Shown here piece by piece: positions 60,201-64,000 of a stretch of DNA of 64,000 nucleotides. Both the position numbers and the translations under genes were made by a program. The DNA comes from Caldisericia bacterium. GTDB taxonomy: Bacteria; Caldisericota; Caldisericia; JAAYUI01. Position 1 is the stretch's first letter. The number at the start of each line of letters is the position of its first letter. Below the pieces are notes generated by a model. That model searched no databases. It worked only from the letters and a program-made list of their open reading frames with translations, and was not told where the DNA came from. The stretch covers positions 1 through 64,000 of the forward strand of contig OY771555.1 in the NCBI GenBank assembly GCA_963674785.1, written 5' to 3'.

Positions 60201-62765
60201 CCATACAGACTCAGAACTCTTTCCAATGATGGGTTTATAATCAATTAGCTCAAACTCACGCTTAAACCATCTTCTTTTGGCACTTATGATGTAGTCTCTG
60301 CTCTCCCTGATTCCTTTTGATTTTTCGGGATCAAATGAACACAAGATAAACTCACCAGAATCATCTCTCCCCAAAAAATAAGATTCTTCAGAGTTTTTAA
60401 AAATCCTCAAAACAGATACCTTAAAAGCTTTGAAAAAATCGGATTTATTCTTTACCCAAGAAAGTTCAAAAATATCAAAAATCTCGCCTTCAGAGTTTAC
60501 ATAGAGTGACACATAACCACTCTTTTCCTTCAACTCAGAAACTTTTTGAGCCGAGAACACATCAGAATTCAGGGAATATTTTGTTGTAGTGTTTTCAGAT
60601 TCAAATTCTATAAAGTCAACTGATCTATCTGACTTAACATTACCAAAAAAACCATCAACCCATTTGAGTTCAATATTACTAATATCGAAATCAACTCGAT
60701 GCGACACCCCACAATTCAGCCCATTAAGAGTTTTTGAATCAATCTGATAAAAGTAACTCTTCCCGTTTTCAAGCACACCATCTGGAATCTTAAATGTGCT
60801 TGCAGGAATAAAGCCAGACTTATACGTTGGTTTATCAGCTCCCGACTCAAAAACCGATATAGAGTTTAGTTTCAATGAATCTTCCTCAATGCCAGTTGAA
60901 ACATCGAAGTTATCAGTACAGAAAATCAAGTTGTCTGAAGACACAGTGTTTGAATAACTTGGAAGCAATGGTGCAGTTGTTCTTGAATATCCATTTGAAT
61001 TATTTTCTGGGACAAAACAAACAAAGTAAAAATTTCTGATTCCATTAATGAAGGGACCACCACCATAAAAACTCCTATTCTGGTTATCAAAGCTTGCCTT
61101 TAAAACATCATTTGTTCCAGTAGTGTGGTCATCCTGTTCTATATCATCTAAAAAATCTAACTCATAGCCATTTTTACACCTATAGATACCAGTAACAGGC
61201 ACAGTATGTCCTCTTTGGATAATACCCAGCTCATCAGAATCCCAAACCGACATCAAAACAGGGAAACCAGCATCAAGAACATCAGTCGCAGAATCAAAAT
61301 CCTCAAACCTTAAAACCTGAATCTGAGAATCATTATCTTTAAAAAAGTTTTTAATTGATGTCCACCACAATCTATAGTCCGAACCAAACTCTGAATTCCA
61401 AGAGGTTGCATCCTTCATGGACTCAATTGAAAGTAAATCTTCATCAGTATTCATGGTAAAGTTTGAGTTGAGAAACATAACCGAGTCAAGAACAGAGGAT
61501 GGAGTTGACTCCATATCTCTGCAATCAGATTTATTTAATCCTTCAAGCTTGGCAGCATCAAGAACAAGATCGCACCCCTGAGTGGCAGTCAGTTCATCTG
61601 ATCCTCCAGTAATTATTCCAATTAACGCCTGAGCCCCTCTTAAACCTCTCATCATCGAAATGCGACCTTTGGCAGGGTTGGCTCTTATAACAACATCCGG
61701 TTCTTCAGAAATAGGAGATGAGGTTAATGATGCTGAATAGAGGATTTCACTTGAATCCAATTCAATAAAATATTTCTGTGTTTTTTTACCTGGGTAAAAT
61801 GACAAAGCACTATTTTTTATGATCCAATTTCCGTCAACAACGAGATTGAAATACAAGACACCATCAAATTCTCTAAGTGTAAGGTTAACTGTTCCAAGAT
61901 TTGATTCTCTATCAAGTTTTGCATCGATGACCGTTTCAAGTCTTTCAAACTCAATCTTTTCTAAAACACCAAAGGGTTCATGATATGAAATTGGTCTCCA
62001 GGAAAACACCCATTCATCAATGTATTCTAATTCAGCATAACCCAAATAGTCATTGATTATATTTGTGGAATTGTCTCCAGAAAGATTATTCACTGAGACA
62101 AAACGCTTCACACTTCCATCTTGGCAGGTCAGGATGACCATCGAAGTGCCATCACCCAGATCAGATACTTCCTCGATTCTACCAAATACCTTTTCTTTTC
62201 TGTTCAAACATCGATAGTCAGTAAATTCAAGATCAACTGTTCTTGATTCACCATCCCATAATATTTCATCTGCCCCAAGATACTCTGCGACGAATCTCAT
62301 TGGAAGCATTGTGAAACCAGCACCTTTTACGTAGGGTGCAAGATTATGATCTCCGTCATCAATCCACTTTTCCTCAGTTCTTCCATCAGGATATTCAACC
62401 TTTACTTTGGGGTTTCCGATCCAAAGCATCAGTTTTACTTCGGTTGGCAAAACTATTGTAACTCTTCTTGTAACTGAGTCCCACATCATCAAAACTCCCT
62501 CAATTTCAGAGGTGACATATCTGATGACAAGGAACATTCTTGATGATTTTATCTCTGGCGCGACATCCATTGGCCCTTTTAACAACCCGTCAACCCAATA
62601 ATCGGTGTTGTCAACTTGATAAGAGAGAACTGTAACACAAGGATTTTTTGGATGTGATTTTGAAGAGACAAACGAAAAACTTGAAAAAAGGATCACAAAA
62701 GACAATAGAATAACAAAGGTTTTTTTAGAAAAACAAAGCTTCAAATAATCATTTGGATGTTTCAT
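57300..62765 (-). CDS. Large (~1820 aa) secreted Cys-rich multidomain surface protein with N-terminal stalk domain
   Basis: Signal peptide; APEIKSSRMFLVIRYV and TMLPMRFVAEYLG stalk motifs; internal duplications. AAGGGG SD before ATG 62765. Confidence 0.8.
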   Translation of the reverse strand: MKHPNDYLKLCFSKKTFVILLSFVILFSSFSFVSSKSHPKNPCVTVLSYQVDNTDYWVDGLLKGPMDVAPEIKSSRMFLVIRYVTSEIEGVLMMWDSVTRRVTIVLPTEVKLMLWIGNPKVKVEYPDGRTEEKWIDDGDHNLAPYVKGAGFTMLPMRFVAEYLGADEILWDGESRTVDLEFTDYRCLNRKEKVFGRIEEVSDLGDGTSMVILTCQDGSVKRFVSVNNLSGDNSTNIINDYLGYAELEYIDEWVFSWRPISYHEPFGVLEKIEFERLETVIDAKLDRESNLGTVNLTLREFDGVLYFNLVVDGNWIIKNSALSFYPGKKTQKYFIELDSSEILYSASLTSSPISEEPDVVIRANPAKGRISMMRGLRGAQALIGIITGGSDELTATQGCDLVLDAAKLEGLNKSDCRDMESTPSSVLDSVMFLNSNFTMNTDEDLLSIESMKDATSWNSEFGSDYRLWWTSIKNFFKDNDSQIQVLRFEDFDSATDVLDAGFPVLMSVWDSDELGIIQRGHTVPVTGIYRCKNGYELDFLDDIEQDDHTTGTNDVLKASFDNQNRSFYGGGPFINGIRNFYFVCFVPENNSNGYSRTTAPLLPSYSNTVSSDNLIFCTDNFDVSTGIEEDSLKLNSISVFESGADKPTYKSGFIPASTFKIPDGVLENGKSYFYQIDSKTLNGLNCGVSHRVDFDISNIELKWVDGFFGNVKSDRSVDFIEFESENTTTKYSLNSDVFSAQKVSELKEKSGYVSLYVNSEGEIFDIFELSWVKNKSDFFKAFKVSVLRIFKNSEESYFLGRDDSGEFILCSFDPEKSKGIRESRDYIISAKRRWFKREFELIDYKPIIGKSSESVWMNCEVNSFEDGILYVQLPSGDSSFDFFAEKIDENGTNIETYSGCAEILVSYDTVVSWVSKPEQEVCGFVSDIEFFKLITNFEQKKRYMVEFSSSGYRKPLYLNLSIDGNWILKNMYISPQTVGPLGFTLDCDFIKGNSIKYGYSLTPILLYTKPSAVTDATIKDRYINISPDFCKNVESDDVGSRSSVLESSEILDESKLENFEMFDSGELETVPTSILSVINHVSGRVWPGIDDLKQATNWNSQKGCKFFDGEEYLDLSWWKSLNYYFAKNNINLEIENIDISGINKSISKNNPVILDARISGNHYAAVISSVQVDTDGNYCLEIVYDADQLEIGKIITEKIVVNTETKTIFGGIWFDGSKDFKFYMISKISESREKIEIIEPSNGSIVADPYPIFKWDDLRLDKSQSYSFYLYEKKSGVSIIETLSSEKPVVSKHLIDSDQFQIAYDKEPLSKNTNYIWFVECFDINRVLVSTSPNFTFSVSPTECDTIFGEIISTTRDPNTGLISIDFRQCAGVESFEISSVENIPDDHTYTKILGYSGCAEVCIHKTDKGVYLDSWVAAEGDCCKTDPCRIVRGVITETEEINLEHPIIIHFKPCNGSATEYFCDYEILDTKSSRSILGYSGCAEICVLDSGLAQSWTALPEEDNCCGEVVVCTDVDISWSTEDGLPPVFFVCPGDNLSFDKLLRLKNNCREETIDVFISIKTDKGEMIDSTFLNISPRSVSTYSLNFTAPDELPSQLIFDIIFSGITNRYYVSINKLEDCEPCCEIEVFWGDELKTETGKNPVIAVCEKDKIDLSFIIKNNCDNRISGEYIFQRKSESIDYIVISKEEFSIVGSDDVNYTLSIDSVTREMIKNEMMRVVIHPDCGEEEILEFEIEEKFGCKEIVTIEVTIEETDCEKDIVRAHDPKEMKNWILDFRKRDCEKLEIGSCYRVTGEKISDEKIKVETFEEVDCFIDQLNYSFN

Positions 62766-62960
62766 CCAAACAAACCCCTTTGATAAGAGAATCTCATGCA
62801 ATTAAGATTAGCACACTATAAAAAAAATGCAAACCACAAATATTTGTAAGTTTGCATTTATACATACAAAGTCATCTCTTAATATGCTATAGCTTCCTAT
62901 ATATACATATTATATTATAAATATATATTACATAAACATAATTTTTATTACTAGCTAAAA

Positions 62961-64000
62961 CTATTTATATCTTCTTTTATAATACCAATTGATAACTATT
63001 GCTGCTAAAATAATTATTCCACCGATTATTAATAAGTATAAGCGAGCTTTATTTAGTTCTTGATATGGATTGGGATCGTTTTCGCTTGGTATAACCCCTT
63101 CAGCACTATCAGAATCTGCTATACTTTCATCGACATCTTCAAGCTTGACAACAAACAAAACTGAACTTTCAAAACCAGGAGTATTGCCAACAAAGGAAGT
63201 ATATTCTTTTTCATATTCCCTCATTTTATCAAGTTTTGCTGTCTCAATATGGAACATCTCTTCAGTATCATCCATGACTTCAGAGAACTTTTGAGAACCC
63301 CCAGCCTTTTCGATAGCATCCTTAAGGGTTTTACTAAATTCCTCCATCTTCTCCTGCATTGGCTGTGCTTCTTCAATGGTTTTTTTGAAACTCTCAATCA
63401 TCTCAAGGGTTTCATTTTTTGATGGGATTTTCACACCATTGATTTCACCACCCTCCGTAAAGACATTCATAACATCCATAGAATCAGCAATCTGATCAGG
63501 GATTGTATTCCAGGCTGGAACTTCAAAACCTTCAATTGTACCACCATTTAGAATCAGGTTTATCCCCTCTGAAATCCCTTCAAGTCCATCAATTGTTGTT
63601 GTAAGTCCAGGCAAATCTTGTCCTTCAACCTCTCCACCAGAGATAAGTGCGGAAAGAGTTTGGTCAAAAACATCCATCATTTCGGGCATCTCAGATAGTG
63701 CTGGGATTTCAACACCATCAATTGTGCCACCTGATGTAAGATTTTTCATCAGCTCCGTAGCGGTATCAGCACTGCTTTTAACAGTATTGAGCTTTGAGAG
63801 GGATTTTGAAACAGAGGTATCAAGCTCTAAGATGATTTCTAACTGGGCATCATCTTTTGTGATTTTTCGTAAATCTTTGAGTGATGTTTCCATCTCTTCA
63901 AGATAATATTGAATGCCAAACAAACTGCTTGCAACTTTGTCAGTCGCTTGTGATGCTTTTGTAATAGCTTCAGTGCTTGCTTTAATACCAGCAAGATTTG
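62961..64000 (-). CDS. C-terminal part of a membrane-anchored helical protein (possibly YhgE/Pip-like); open to the window edge
   Basis: Frame stays open upstream of 63923 to position 64000; GG.(I/V).G...P repeats; YTSFVG...SVLFVVK; C-terminal TM followed by KRRYK. Confidence 0.7.
   Translation of the reverse strand, partial: NLAGIKASTEAITKASQATDKVASSLFGIQYYLEEMETSLKDLRKITKDDAQLEIILELDTSVSKSLSKLNTVKSSADTATELMKNLTSGGTIDGVEIPALSEMPEMMDVFDQTLSALISGGEVEGQDLPGLTTTIDGLEGISEGINLILNGGTIEGFEVPAWNTIPDQIADSMDVMNVFTEGGEINGVKIPSKNETLEMIESFKKTIEEAQPMQEKMEEFSKTLKDAIEKAGGSQKFSEVMDDTEEMFHIETAKLDKMREYEKEYTSFVGNTPGFESSVLFVVKLEDVDESIADSDSAEGVIPSENDPNPYQELNKARLYLLIIGGIIILAAIVINWYYKRRYK

Noticed and set aside
62860-62960. 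Very AT-rich tract (possible origin or repeat)
   Set aside because: No DnaA boxes or regular repeat units seen; treated as low-complexity intergenic DNA.
1-64000. tRNA, rRNA, CRISPR, IS or prophage
   Set aside because: Intergenic gaps are short (under 300 bp) and none showed such structure by eye; a covariance-model scan was not possible.

Overview
This is a gene-dense bacterial chromosomal window, AT-rich by eye. I see no rRNA, tRNA, CRISPR array, transposase or integrase. Housekeeping genes are ileS, ddl, rarA, nadABC, ruvB-queH, purF, a CCA-type nucleotidyltransferase with trpS-scpAB, minD and uvrB. They are interspersed with many secreted or surface proteins carrying copper-amine-oxidase N-terminal ('stalk') domains, PQQ-like propellers, or lipoprotein signals. 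That mix suggests an anaerobic, possibly Caldisericota-like organism (inference only). Standout observations: (1) a translationally coupled tandem array of six diverged double-GNAT acetyltransferases (36.9-43.3 kb); (2) a three-gene operon pairing a NapH/FtrD-like polyferredoxin membrane protein with two exported proteins that share four copies of a domain with exact C-x36-C spacing, one also carrying a histidine-triad motif; (3) an ECF sigma factor that appears to start at ATA; (4) about ten genes with leaderless-mRNA promoter architecture; (5) several apparent pseudo-enzymes (ZnuA-like protein without His ligands, site-2 protease without HExxH, papain-like domains without Cys); (6) a truncated MinE-like gene with no adjacent minC. 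All protein family calls come from motif recognition by eye, not database searches.
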